The notes: generated from the letters alone by a model not told the origin. DNA of 64,000 nucleotides from an uncultured virus (IMG/VR IMGVR_UViG_3300044996_000613) (IMGVR_UViG_3300044996_000613), one strand, 5' to 3'. Counted from the first letter of the stretch, positions 34,959 through 44,113 are shown. Translations and numbers: made by a program.

Positions 34959-35631
34959 GGATGTCGCCTATCCTCTCCCTGATGCGTCGCTTGATGTCGG
35001 CGCAGCGGGCCGACACCGACTTTGGGTCAGTCGAGTGCATCGCTGCGTAGTCCTTGTAGCTCCCGCCCTCCATCACCCATAGAAGAAGCTCGCGATCTCC
35101 TGGGGAAAGAGACTCGTTGGCGGCATCCTGAATCTGCTTCGCCAGCATGTGGATGTGCTCTGATGTCTCGTGCTGAGCACCACCCACATGCTGCTCGTCC
35201 TCTACGTCCTCGATGGTTGACAGCGGCACTTCTCTGTCCTGTTGGCGCCGATGCCGCGTCAGCCAGTTCTGGCGCTTGCGGTTGAAGCAGTTTTCCGCAT
35301 GAGCCCAGAAGTACGGGTTCTTCGGGTTGAACCCAACAACCACCTTGTACAAGTACTCATAACACCAAGACACTGCCTCCCCATCGTCCATCCCAGACTG
35401 AACCATCTTGCGCTGCCAGTAGCGCAAGAAGCGCTCTCCCTGCTGTATCAGCCGGTCGAGGGCCTCGCGGGCGGCGTTCTCGTCATCTTTGGTGACCGGA
35501 TCACTTGGCTTCTCTCCGGCAGCTTCTTCCTCAAGCTGCTTCTTCTGCTTGAGGGCAACATATCTGACAATTATGACGAGACGCCGAGTATCGTTAGGTT
35601 GGTCGCTCTTGCACCGTTGCCCTGGCGGCAT
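34939..35631 (-). CDS. sigma70-family (ECF/SigH-like) RNA polymerase sigma factor
   Basis: Region-2-like 'YLYKVVVGFNPK..YFWAHA..CF.RK..NWL' and region-4 HTH 'LSPGDRELL...EGGSYKDYA....DPKSVSAR..DIKRRIR'. Confidence 0.65.
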   Translation of the reverse strand: MPPGQRCKSDQPNDTRRLVIIVRYVALKQKKQLEEEAAGEKPSDPVTKDDENAAREALDRLIQQGERFLRYWQRKMVQSGMDDGEAVSWCYEYLYKVVVGFNPKNPYFWAHAENCFNRKRQNWLTRHRRQQDREVPLSTIEDVEDEQHVGGAQHETSEHIHMLAKQIQDAANESLSPGDRELLLWVMEGGSYKDYAAMHSTDPKSVSARCADIKRRIRERIGDIHGADTL

Positions 35632-35658
35632 TAGCTGTCATACGCCCTCCTATTGCGG

Positions 35659-36585
35659 TTACTCTCCCAGCGCACCCACTAGCTCCGGAGGAGCGGGAGG
35701 GGGAGGGACTCCACCAGCCCCTGCGGGAGGCACCACAGAGTCACCAGGAGCCACCTGCCGAGAGACCTGAGGGGCCTGAGGGGCCGCCGGCTGCTGGTAG
35801 CTTTGCTGTGGCTGAGCTACCTGCTGAGGCATCATAGGCTGCGGTGGCTGTGGCGGCTGCGGCAGAGGGACCGACTGCATGGGAGGGGGAGCCATCTCCG
35901 CCTGATTCCCAGGATAGGGCTGCTGCTGAGGCTGCTGAGGGTAGCCCTGCTGAGGCTGTTGAGGGTAGCCCTGCTGAGGCTGCTGAGGGTAGCCCTGCTG
36001 AGGGTAGCCCTGCTGAGGGTAGCCCTGCTGAGGCTGCTGAGGGTAGCCCTGCTGAGGGTAGCCCTGCTGAGGGTAGCCCTGCTGAGGGTAGCCCTGCTGA
36101 GGCTGCTGAGGGTAGCCCTGCTGAGGGTAGCCCTGCTGAGGCTGCTGCTGGGCCACCTGCTGTGCCTCTCTGCGCTTCTCGACGATCTGGCCTGGTGAGA
36201 ATCTCGCCACCGAGTTGTTGCCCGGGTCCCAGTCCAGGATATACTGGAACCCCAACTCGGGATGGAGCACCACCTGACTGGCGCGGACGCACAAGACGTA
36301 CTCGTCCCTGCCCTTGGTCTGGCTGAGTTCCCCCCAAACCTCGATGGGGAGCCCAACCAACTCGGAGCCCTGGGCGTGGTAGTGCGCCTGTGCTTGCTGC
36401 AGCGGTGCAAGGGCGGGCGGGTCGAACACACTCACGATAAAGTTACGCACAAATTGGCGCGTCTTCCCGCCGTACTCGTTGACCTGCAACACGTTGACCG
36501 TGAGGTTGGCGCTCTTATCGCCTACGTCGGCGCGCTTCAGAACTCCCCTCATGTACACTTGCGTCTGGTATAGGTCAGCACTCAT
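35659..36585 (-). CDS. SSB-like OB-fold protein with long Q/P/G/Y low-complexity tail (start reassigned to ATG 36585)
   Basis: N-terminal beta-rich 'VYMRGVL...ANLTVNV...FIVSVF...IEVWGEL...VRASQV' pattern. Next to primase and helicase. Confidence 0.6.
   Translation of the reverse strand: MSADLYQTQVYMRGVLKRADVGDKSANLTVNVLQVNEYGGKTRQFVRNFIVSVFDPPALAPLQQAQAHYHAQGSELVGLPIEVWGELSQTKGRDEYVLCVRASQVVLHPELGFQYILDWDPGNNSVARFSPGQIVEKRREAQQVAQQQPQQGYPQQGYPQQPQQGYPQQGYPQQGYPQQGYPQQPQQGYPQQGYPQQGYPQQPQQGYPQQPQQGYPQQPQQQPYPGNQAEMAPPPMQSVPLPQPPQPPQPMMPQQVAQPQQSYQQPAAPQAPQVSRQVAPGDSVVPPAGAGGVPPPPAPPELVGALGE
35919..36150. repeat. coding tandem repeat of 15-bp (GGGTAGCCCTGCTGA) and 9-bp (GGCTGCTGA) units
   Basis: Directly visible. 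Encodes 11 GYPQQ units interspersed with PQQ. Confidence 0.95.
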
Positions 36586-36621
36586 GGCGTTGTCCTCTCC
36601 CGATTCATGGTATCTGTACAC

Positions 36622-37920
36622 CTAGCCTGGGAGCGCCCCAGGTTGAAGCTGCTCGCTGTACGACGATATGACCCTCCGATGGTATTCCTGTTCGGTCGGG
36701 TGGGTCGCCACACAGAACTGGTCTGTATGGTAAGCTATATTAGTACTCAAGATGTTGGTCTCGTCCCGCACATAGATGCCACCTGGGTCGCGGCTCGCCA
36801 TGCGCAAAGCCCCGGCGTACTTGGCCGCCCAACCGGCCGGGCTCTTCACTGGACACGACCCCAAGACGGGACACTTCATCTTGTCGCAGTTGGGGGGGCC
36901 GGCGAAACGGGCGGCCTCGGCTACCTTATTGAACGGGCTGTGGGCGTCCCAGTCTTCGGGGTTGAATCCCGGCGCCGACTCCGACACCCTAAGCCACTCC
37001 TGGGCCCCAAGCGCACCACACGCCTTGACCATGTTGACCCCAAAGTAGAGCCACAACTCGTAGTCGCCCAACTCGCTGATTTGGCCGTAGCGGTCATCCT
37101 GTCCCGAGAGCCCACGAAGACGATGGCAGTTATCATAGAGGTAGCGGAGTATCTCGTGACTAGGGGCTGGAAGGATGTAAGTGGCATTGACCTCGCGCGG
37201 TCGGTAGGTCTCCTTGAGGTTCTCCAGATAGGGCCAGAACCACTCGCTCTCGTGGCGTTCCGGCGTAGTGACCCAAAACGACATGCGGGTCCAGCGGGCC
37301 TCTACTCCATCTTCCGGCGCTGCCGTAGCACCCTTCAGATTCCGGGTCCCGATCACCCGGATGATCCGCGCGATGTCGGCCGTCACCTGCAAGTCGATCT
37401 TGACCGGCCTGTCGGCCACCCGCTCCTGAAGCAGCACCGCCAGCTTGCGAAGCCCAAGACGAAGAGACTGCCGCTCCGCACTGTCACCAGGAGCGATAGG
37501 GGGGGTCGCCAACCAGACGTAGGCCCCATTCCCACTACACGCTACCACGGGGTAGTTGTGGATGCCTTCCTTCATGCAGAACACAGCGAGGTCTTGGGCC
37601 GCCTGGATGGCGTAGAGCGTCCCAAGATTGCCGGGGTACAATGGCCGCTTCCCTCCGTCTTGGCCGGGGTCGATGTCGAATAAGACGTTGTTGATCGACA
37701 CCACTCCCGCCCCACCAGCCGAGATGCGCTCATTCACCCCCACGTAGACGTGCCACCAATCATCAGCTTCACGACAGACGCTGACGAACTCGTCTTCGCC
37801 CGCAACATCAACCAGACGCGGGCGACGGTCGGCAACGGCCGACAGGAGACGCATGTGGGACCCTGTAGCGTGCCCCAGCAAACGGTAGGTCTGCCTGACT
37901 GCCGGTTCGTCGATCCTCAT
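36622..37920 (-). CDS. archaeo-eukaryotic primase (AEP)-superfamily primase with Cys-containing C-terminal domain
   Basis: VYVGVNER, FDID (DxD), SGNGAYVW, DIARIIRVIGTRNLK and C-terminal PPNCDKMKC....CPVKSP. Coupled to the helicase. Confidence 0.75.
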   Translation of the reverse strand: MRIDEPAVRQTYRLLGHATGSHMRLLSAVADRRPRLVDVAGEDEFVSVCREADDWWHVYVGVNERISAGGAGVVSINNVLFDIDPGQDGGKRPLYPGNLGTLYAIQAAQDLAVFCMKEGIHNYPVVACSGNGAYVWLATPPIAPGDSAERQSLRLGLRKLAVLLQERVADRPVKIDLQVTADIARIIRVIGTRNLKGATAAPEDGVEARWTRMSFWVTTPERHESEWFWPYLENLKETYRPREVNATYILPAPSHEILRYLYDNCHRLRGLSGQDDRYGQISELGDYELWLYFGVNMVKACGALGAQEWLRVSESAPGFNPEDWDAHSPFNKVAEAARFAGPPNCDKMKCPVLGSCPVKSPAGWAAKYAGALRMASRDPGGIYVRDETNILSTNIAYHTDQFCVATHPTEQEYHRRVISSYSEQLQPGALPG

Positions 37921-39416
37921 TGGGTCTCTGGTACCACCTGTCCCCCCGGCGGAGGGAGGTTACCACCGACGACCACATGTTCCGGCGACAACTGCTCCGG
38001 GTACGGGACGTAGCAGTGATGGTCCATAGAATACAACAAACGAAACCGGGAGTCAAGGCTCACCCCACGCCCTCGTGCCTTGGTCACATACCCCTCCGCA
38101 TAATCTACCGTCCCTTCAGAGTAGAGATCGGCCCGGAAAAGCTGGGTCACACTGTGGCACGATTTCTCTAGCGCAGAGCTACCAGCCAGATCGTCTACCC
38201 GAGGGCGCTTATCGGCCCTCTTCCACTTCTCACGGTTCTCTTGACAGGCCAGAAGGATGAGGGCGTTGAGACGCAGCGCCTGCTGCTCCAGCGAGTGGAC
38301 GATGTACTCCACCTCATCGTGGCGCCGACCCCGAGCTTCGTCAGACCTCACCCGGTTGATCGTGTCGATCATGAATACCCGATAGCCACGACGATACCGC
38401 TCGTCAATCAGCGCCTGAACCTCCGACAACTCGAAGTTCATGTGGTGAACAACATCGAAGATGTTGTCCTCCGACATCTTCGCCATATATCCCCCGAAGC
38501 TCTGCTTGGCGGCACCCCACTGCTGCCAAGCCTCGGTGTGGGACATGCCGGCGGCCTCGAACTGCCTCACCCAGTCGTAGCGGCGCGTTGGGCTGATCCC
38601 CATGATCTCCGCAAACAGGTCCTCGGCGAACTCGGCCTCCCTGACCTCGTAGTTGAGGTAACAGGTACGGAAGTTGAGACCAAAGCACATGGAGCGCAAG
38701 ATGCTTCGGAGGAGGGTACTCTTCCCGTGCCCAGTGGCTGCCGATACCCCATTGATGCTCCCTAGCGGCATTCCTGGGCGGTTACCGCGCGAGATGAGGC
38801 GGTCCCACTCGGGGAAGCCGGTGCTGTAGTACTCGCTGTCGATCTCCCCTATCCGGTTCGCCAGGTAGAGCCAGTGGGCAGGTTCTACTCCCTGCCCGGT
38901 TAGTACACGGAGACTAACCGTCTCCGTCGTCATCTGCCGCAGATCAGGAACCACATCATCAAGCGTAGCGTCTCCGGCCGCCAGAGCCTGTAGCGCCTGT
39001 CCAAGGGCCCCGGCGTTCTTCCTGACATCGCAGTATCTCTGCCACGCCTGGAATCGAGACAGCAGGGTGCGGAAATTGGCGCGCGACAGGGGTGTGCGTA
39101 GGAACTCCGTCCAGAATGTCGAGGCGTGCTGTTCCGGCTTGCCGGTCGCCTGAGCGATGATCGAGATAACGCTGCTCCGGTGCTGCACTTCGCTGAGCAC
39201 TGGAGATACCTCTACCGCATAGGCCCGACAGATGTACTGGTAGAGCGCATGGAACATGGGATCAGGGAACGCAGGCCCCTGAAGCTGAGCCCTCGACAAC
39301 TGTTCCGCTGCACCTTCTACAAAGAAGGCTGACGCAATAAGCGAGGATTGCTCTTCAATGTTTGGCGCAGACAGCACCTTAGCATCAGCCATTAGCAATA
39401 ACCGCCCGTAGGTCAA
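37917..39416 (-). CDS. dnaB: DnaB-like superfamily 4 replicative helicase
   Basis: STGFPEWD, Walker A AATGHGKST, NYEV, FMIDT, ACQENR, DLAGSSALE, TKARG. Confidence 0.85.
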   Translation of the reverse strand: MTYGRLLLMADAKVLSAPNIEEQSSLIASAFFVEGAAEQLSRAQLQGPAFPDPMFHALYQYICRAYAVEVSPVLSEVQHRSSVISIIAQATGKPEQHASTFWTEFLRTPLSRANFRTLLSRFQAWQRYCDVRKNAGALGQALQALAAGDATLDDVVPDLRQMTTETVSLRVLTGQGVEPAHWLYLANRIGEIDSEYYSTGFPEWDRLISRGNRPGMPLGSINGVSAATGHGKSTLLRSILRSMCFGLNFRTCYLNYEVREAEFAEDLFAEIMGISPTRRYDWVRQFEAAGMSHTEAWQQWGAAKQSFGGYMAKMSEDNIFDVVHHMNFELSEVQALIDERYRRGYRVFMIDTINRVRSDEARGRRHDEVEYIVHSLEQQALRLNALILLACQENREKWKRADKRPRVDDLAGSSALEKSCHSVTQLFRADLYSEGTVDYAEGYVTKARGRGVSLDSRFRLLYSMDHHCYVPYPEQLSPEHVVVGGNLPPPGGQVVPETQ

Positions 39417-40494
39417 TGGTAGGCACAGACGCTAGTGCCTCTATCCGCTCCTGTACCTTCCGTTGAGCAATTGCGTGAGGGGCTTCGTGGTAGATGGACA
39501 CCACATGCCGGGGGATCAGATGTGCCACACCTGCCTGTCCGAGGTCCTCCATCCTAGCCATGGCCTGCTCCACCACATGGGCACCATACAGCGTCAGATA
39601 GGCCCCAAACGTCTTGCTCTGATAGGTCTGCCCACTTTCTCCGCACATCTTCTTCCAGGCCGCCAACACGATGTAGTAGTTGCTGGCTCTGTCTTCTGTA
39701 ATAACGGTAGACGACACGTCTATCTCTACAGGAGAAGATAGCAACACCCGGCTGTCCTCGGGAGCCTGACGCACAGTGATGATGCCGGTAGCCCACCGCT
39801 CACAGACGTAGATCAGCCACGACTGATCGAAGGCCTTGGCCAGCAGATGGCGCTGCTCTTCACCACTACGCACGTAGTTCCCGCTCTGCCGCACAGCCCA
39901 GGTGGCCGCGTCGATCAGGTTGCGTGGCGACCTGAGACAGATCGCTTCAGCCACATAGGCTCTCTGCCACATGGGCAGCCCCCCGTCTCCCGCCACAACC
40001 TCCCCTTCCGGGGGTTGGAGCATCGCCAACATGGGGTCTAGGTGATCGTACTGGCTGTAGGTGGCACAGATGATCGAGCGTAGGTCGGCCTCCTGGGGTT
40101 CGTGCAGACGATATATCGCCCCCTCACCTGTGGGCTGGGCCCCGCGCGACGGATCGTACCGCTCTCCCCTACTCGACAGCGCATCCAAGACCTCGTCTCT
40201 CCAGGCCAACACTAGCGTGCGTAGCGATGTCTTCGAGTAGGTGGACAATCCGAGACCAGGGACTACAGCTTCGAGCCGAGGAACGAGAAATGCTTCGCCA
40301 TGGGTAGGCCAGAGCTTAGTGATGGGGCCAAGTGGGGATGCAACGTGCTTCGGGAAACCAGCAACGACCGCCTCGTCCCACGTCTCGGGACCCCCATCAC
40401 CAATGGACGCCAGCGCGGAATGGGCAGCCCAAAACGCACGCTGTGTATCATTTCTTGGGGGTCCACCAAAAAACGAGGTGGGGTCTTTCCGCAT
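39385..40494 (-). CDS. hypothetical protein
   Basis: 369-aa ORF overlapping the helicase start. Confidence 0.65.
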   Translation of the reverse strand: MRKDPTSFFGGPPRNDTQRAFWAAHSALASIGDGGPETWDEAVVAGFPKHVASPLGPITKLWPTHGEAFLVPRLEAVVPGLGLSTYSKTSLRTLVLAWRDEVLDALSSRGERYDPSRGAQPTGEGAIYRLHEPQEADLRSIICATYSQYDHLDPMLAMLQPPEGEVVAGDGGLPMWQRAYVAEAICLRSPRNLIDAATWAVRQSGNYVRSGEEQRHLLAKAFDQSWLIYVCERWATGIITVRQAPEDSRVLLSSPVEIDVSSTVITEDRASNYYIVLAAWKKMCGESGQTYQSKTFGAYLTLYGAHVVEQAMARMEDLGQAGVAHLIPRHVVSIYHEAPHAIAQRKVQERIEALASVPTIDLRAVIANG

Positions 40495-41252
40495 CAGATC
40501 AGCCGTCTCCTGATGCGCAACCCTGCCTGGAGCAGGTCGCGCTCGTCCAATGGATTGGCGCCATACACGTCCACCTCAGGCGATGATAGCTCCGGGAGGA
40601 TGCCACTGTCAAGACCCCCAGCACCGATTGTGCGTAGCCATTCGTCTGCCCGGGTCATCATACGGGCACGAACAACACCAAATCGAACCGCGTACTGGAT
40701 GGGGTAGAGCCGTGTGTCCCACGCCCTCTTCACCATAGATGCCCACGGCTGGACGAACCGAACAGACACAGGAGAAACAGGACGGGTCAATCCGCTCTTC
40801 CCGGCTATAGCTCCCCAGCAGGTAGCCCTCAGCCCCAGACGCTGCACCAGCCACTCGTAGTCCACCCCATAGGGCTCCACGTCTCCCGGCGGGCCCCAGG
40901 CCATCTCCACCATGCTGGGGAGAGACCATAAGGGTTCGCTCAGGCTCCCTATCGGCACCACACGCAGAAGGTCGTAGACATCAGCAGTCGAAGCCTTGTA
41001 GTCGTCGATCCATCCGCGCTCCTGAGACCCAGCCGCATCACGGATCGCACAGATCGCAGCACTCGACGCCTGCGCAACTGCCACCCTGACGGTCGTCCCG
41101 AACAAGGCCCCCTGTCTCCCAATGGTATCCTGGAGGAGAGGGAGGAGGTCTTTGTTCACCATCCATCGGTCAACAAGCTGACGCTGGATGCTTAACAAAA
41201 AACTGGCCTTTGCCAGTCCTACGTCAGTCCCCGGTAGGATCGGCATATCCAT
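40494..41252 (-). CDS. hypothetical protein
   Basis: 252-aa coupled ORF. Confidence 0.6.
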   Translation of the reverse strand: MDMPILPGTDVGLAKASFLLSIQRQLVDRWMVNKDLLPLLQDTIGRQGALFGTTVRVAVAQASSAAICAIRDAAGSQERGWIDDYKASTADVYDLLRVVPIGSLSEPLWSLPSMVEMAWGPPGDVEPYGVDYEWLVQRLGLRATCWGAIAGKSGLTRPVSPVSVRFVQPWASMVKRAWDTRLYPIQYAVRFGVVRARMMTRADEWLRTIGAGGLDSGILPELSSPEVDVYGANPLDERDLLQAGLRIRRRLI

Positions 41253-42510
41253 CGAAGATTAGCTCTTCCCCACGTAGATGGCGCCCGATGTCCTGGATGA
41301 CAATGGCGTTGGTGATTGCTTCTGCTAGGGGAGCAATGAGCAGGCCACCGAAGAAGTTAATCGGCCTTTCGTCGGCCTCCAGTATCTGCCCATAGACCCA
41401 GTTGAACACACTCAGGCACAGATTGCTCTGCGGCCGGATGCCGGCCCTCCCGAGCATGCGCTCCACCTGTTCGGGGGAAACGCACACCTCTCCGTGTCCG
41501 CCCAACACAGAATCGCGAAACCACTCGTAGCTGGCTGCTATACGAAGAGGCGCTGCCTGCCCCGATAGTTGCTCCATGGTGGCCAGATACTGGACCACAT
41601 CCCCCCAGGGTACCCCTCCATCCAGGGGATATTCCGGGATGGCGGCACGCAAACCACTAGGCAAAGACAGAAGCTCGTTGCCACTCACGCCATCCCCCCT
41701 CCAGGCCACCGAACACCGCGCAACCGCAATCGAGACCCCCTTAACGGCGAGCACGCCATCTTCTGGTGGCCACGGAGGCCCATAGAGCGCCCGAGACACC
41801 ACAGCGGGTTCCCAAAGCCTCCCGCCGTCCAGGATGGTCTGAGAGACCGCCGCCCTCACCGCTTCGAGCCCCTCGATGACATCCGACTGGATGCTTGCCC
41901 CATTACCAAGCGACGGCCCATCGCTGGAACCAGACTCGATAATGGCATTCAGCCTCCCTCTCTCAGCAGCAGCCATAGCTACCAATGGGTCTCCCATTGA
42001 ACCAGGAACAACAGGACCAGCCGGGGGTCCGTCTTCTATAATCCGTTGTTCCCAAGGAGTCCTCTTCACAGCGTTGATCGGATGTCCCTCCTCTGGTAGT
42101 TCTACCATCGGCGGGGGGTCCCCCGTCTTGTAGACCCCTACCAATACTCGGAGGGCATCCTGGTCCAACCGGACGACTAGCGTCGTCTCCCCACTGCAAT
42201 GAGGGCACGACCCCCCCTTACCTCTTCTTATTGATGATGGCTTTCTGCATTTAGGACAGAAGCGGAAGGCCCTAGAGATCAGACCTTCCGCTTTCAGAAC
42301 AGCTATGCGGCGCCCTAGCGCCATTCTCGCAGCGTCAGCGCTGTCAACCGCGCCTCCCTGCTGGCCAACAGCCACAAGCCTACCAGGATCGACCCCAACG
42401 TCCAACCGAGAGAGCAGAGGCTCTTGGTGCTTCCACTGCTCAACGAGCCAGAAGAAGCAGGCAAGGGCTATCGGCCGGCAACCCCAGTAGTCTCTGCGGT
42501 CTTCGCTCAT
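41224..42510 (-). CDS. hypothetical protein with Zn ribbon (CPKC-x14-CPHC)
   Basis: A pair of CxxC motifs follows a possible winged-helix segment 'GRRIAVLKAEGLISR'. Confidence 0.65.
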   Translation of the reverse strand: MSEDRRDYWGCRPIALACFFWLVEQWKHQEPLLSRLDVGVDPGRLVAVGQQGGAVDSADAARMALGRRIAVLKAEGLISRAFRFCPKCRKPSSIRRGKGGSCPHCSGETTLVVRLDQDALRVLVGVYKTGDPPPMVELPEEGHPINAVKRTPWEQRIIEDGPPAGPVVPGSMGDPLVAMAAAERGRLNAIIESGSSDGPSLGNGASIQSDVIEGLEAVRAAVSQTILDGGRLWEPAVVSRALYGPPWPPEDGVLAVKGVSIAVARCSVAWRGDGVSGNELLSLPSGLRAAIPEYPLDGGVPWGDVVQYLATMEQLSGQAAPLRIAASYEWFRDSVLGGHGEVCVSPEQVERMLGRAGIRPQSNLCLSVFNWVYGQILEADERPINFFGGLLIAPLAEAITNAIVIQDIGRHLRGEELIFDGYADPTGD

Positions 42511-42515
42511 ACCCC

Positions 42516-42941
42516 CTAACCGATCCGTGTCTGCTCGCCTTTGAGGAAGGCCTTCACCGCCTTGATTGCGTCGGGGTCGCCGACAATCAACGACAACGCA
42601 GTGCCGACTGCTTCCTCTTCTATAACTTCGACAACGTCGGTATTCCCCCTGTCGCGTAGAGCCAACGACCTGTACAGAGAGGCAGTGTTGCTAGCCGTAA
42701 CTCCAGCCGGCACCTTCTCTTGGGTGTCTACGATCTTCAGGATAGCCTCAACGACATCCTTCGCTCTGTTGCCCACGACGACCAGGAGGAGTCTGAGAAT
42801 GACCTTGGCAGCCTGAACTGACATCTGGTTGCCGGCCTGGTCGCCCTTCAGCTTCCTAAGAAGAGCGCTCCCGACTAACCCCAATGCCAAGCAGACTGCA
42901 CCAACGACGATGGTAACATAGATCGGCGTGGTTGTGTCCAT
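42516..42941 (-). CDS. membrane protein with N-terminal TM helix, possibly holin-like
   Basis: Hydrophobic N-terminus IYVTIVVGAVCLALGLVGSALL followed by a basic patch. AGGAGG RBS. Confidence 0.6.
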   Translation of the reverse strand: MDTTTPIYVTIVVGAVCLALGLVGSALLRKLKGDQAGNQMSVQAAKVILRLLLVVVGNRAKDVVEAILKIVDTQEKVPAGVTASNTASLYRSLALRDRGNTDVVEVIEEEAVGTALSLIVGDPDAIKAVKAFLKGEQTRIG

Positions 42942-42976
42942 GTCTTCTATAACCTCCTATGGTATCCAGCGAGAGA

Positions 42977-43005
42977 GTAATACCACGAACGGACAGTGCT
43001 GTCAA
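42977..43005 (-). promoter_or_regulatory. sigma70/sigmaA-type promoter TTGACA-N17-TATTAC with extended -10 TG
   Basis: The minus strand reads TTGACA GCACTGTCCGTTCGTGG TATTAC. It heads the replication block and shares CGTGGTAT with the promoter at 3839-3867. Confidence 0.7.
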
Positions 43006-43032
43006 CCCCATCCTAGCGATGCCTCGATTAGG

Positions 43033-43089
43033 CTAGTACTTCTAGGACCTCTAGGACTTCTAGACGTACAGAATCCCAAGAACGTCTAG
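43033..43089. repeat. 9-bp periodic CTAG repeat plus CTAGACGT/ACGTCTAG inverted pair
   Basis: CTAG at 43033, 43042, 43051, 43060 and 43086 (another at 43013). Confidence 0.75.
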
Positions 43090-43198
43090 TAGCATATGAA
43101 GAGGGTGTTTGTGGCTGTTGGACACAATGAGTATATATGTTGAGTGCAGCTTTTTCCTGGTAAACATGCACACTTTCACAGTTTAGGCCCAGTGATTG

Positions 43199-43661
43199 AA
43201 TTGAACGGTTTCTGTTCATTTGCCTACCAATCACGTCTTCTCAGTAGGGGGGCTAATGAACAGAAGTTGTTCATTTGCATGGGCGCGGCAACACCCGTTT
43301 TCTGCTGGAACTACGGGAGATTTTATAAGCAGCTATCCCTGACCCAAGGAGCCCCAAAGAGGCGCGGACACAACATAAAAGAAGATATGCAACTATGCAG
43401 TCGTATTCAGTGTACAATATAAGTTGTGCGACACATATTGGACTACTATCTTCTTGTTGGCTGATGGCCCAGATAGGCAAATGAACAGAAACTGTTCATT
43501 TGACACATTTTGTCATTGTTATATCCACTAAAAAGTAGATATATGAGTCTTTTTCGTGTACGCTACCCAACGCCAAATGAACAGAAACTGTTCATTTCCC
43601 AGCCAAATGAACAGTTTCTGTTCATTTGGCATGGGGTGAAATGAACAGAAACTGTTCATTT
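43199..43661. repeat. six copies of the 23-bp palindrome AAATGAACAG-(AAA/TTT)-CTGTTCATTT in AT-rich non-coding DNA; candidate origin or operator array
   Basis: Copies at 43199-43221 (2 mismatches), 43254-43276 (3 mismatches), 43479-43501, 43575-43597, 43605-43627 and 43639-43661. Confidence 0.92.
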
Positions 43662-43798
43662 CACCTCCAACACCATCAGAGCCACGATCAGATAGGTAGT
43701 TGTGGAAGACGAGGAATCTGGGGTGTAAGGTCGTCAACACACCTCAGCCTGGCAGTGGGTTGCGTCGTAGTATACGAAGACAGAAAGAGGAATCGCCA

Positions 43799-44113
43799 AT
43801 GGAGTGGATGGTGCTGAGAATTGTCGCAAGCCTGTTGTTGCTAATCGACTTCGCGCTGTCCGGTGGGCTCATAGCTCTAGGTGTGTCTCAGTGGGCATTG
43901 ATCCGTGGAATAGAGATCAACCCCATCCTGAGGCACTTATCCAACAAATCGAAGAACCTCAAGTGGGATCGCCGGGCCCGCGTCTGCTGGGTCTTGTACT
44001 GGGCCTTCTGGGTTGCCCTCTGCTGGCTGCTTCCGGCGCCCACCATCCCATACTACTGCGCTGTAGTAGTCGTCGTGAGCCTGTATGGCATCGGCTCAAT
44101 GACGGCGTTCTAG
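43799..44113 (+). CDS. small multi-pass membrane protein (DUF5658-like E.NP motif); the only convincing plus-strand gene
   Basis: AGAGG RBS before ATG 43799. Three to four hydrophobic segments. 'LIDFALS...GIEINPIL'. Confidence 0.65.
   Translation: MEWMVLRIVASLLLLIDFALSGGLIALGVSQWALIRGIEINPILRHLSNKSKNLKWDRRARVCWVLYWAFWVALCWLLPAPTIPYYCAVVVVVSLYGIGSMTAF

Noticed and set aside
35741..36431. Alternative-frame repeat proteins (SAGLP, RATLS, AEGSP, LLRVA)
   Set aside because: These are other-frame readings of the GYPQQ tandem repeat.
43199..43661. CRISPR array interpretation of the 23-bp palindromes
   Set aside because: Gaps are highly irregular (7-202 bp), orientation flips between copies, and no cas genes are present.
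43518..43710. DnaA boxes (ATATCCACT, TCTTCCACA)
   Set aside because: Each has two mismatches to TTATCCACA and they are isolated, so they are expected by chance.
43028..43817. Short ORFs across the AT-rich region
   Set aside because: They are translations of the palindromes (recurring MNRNCSF and NEQKLFI), with no clear RBS and atypical composition.
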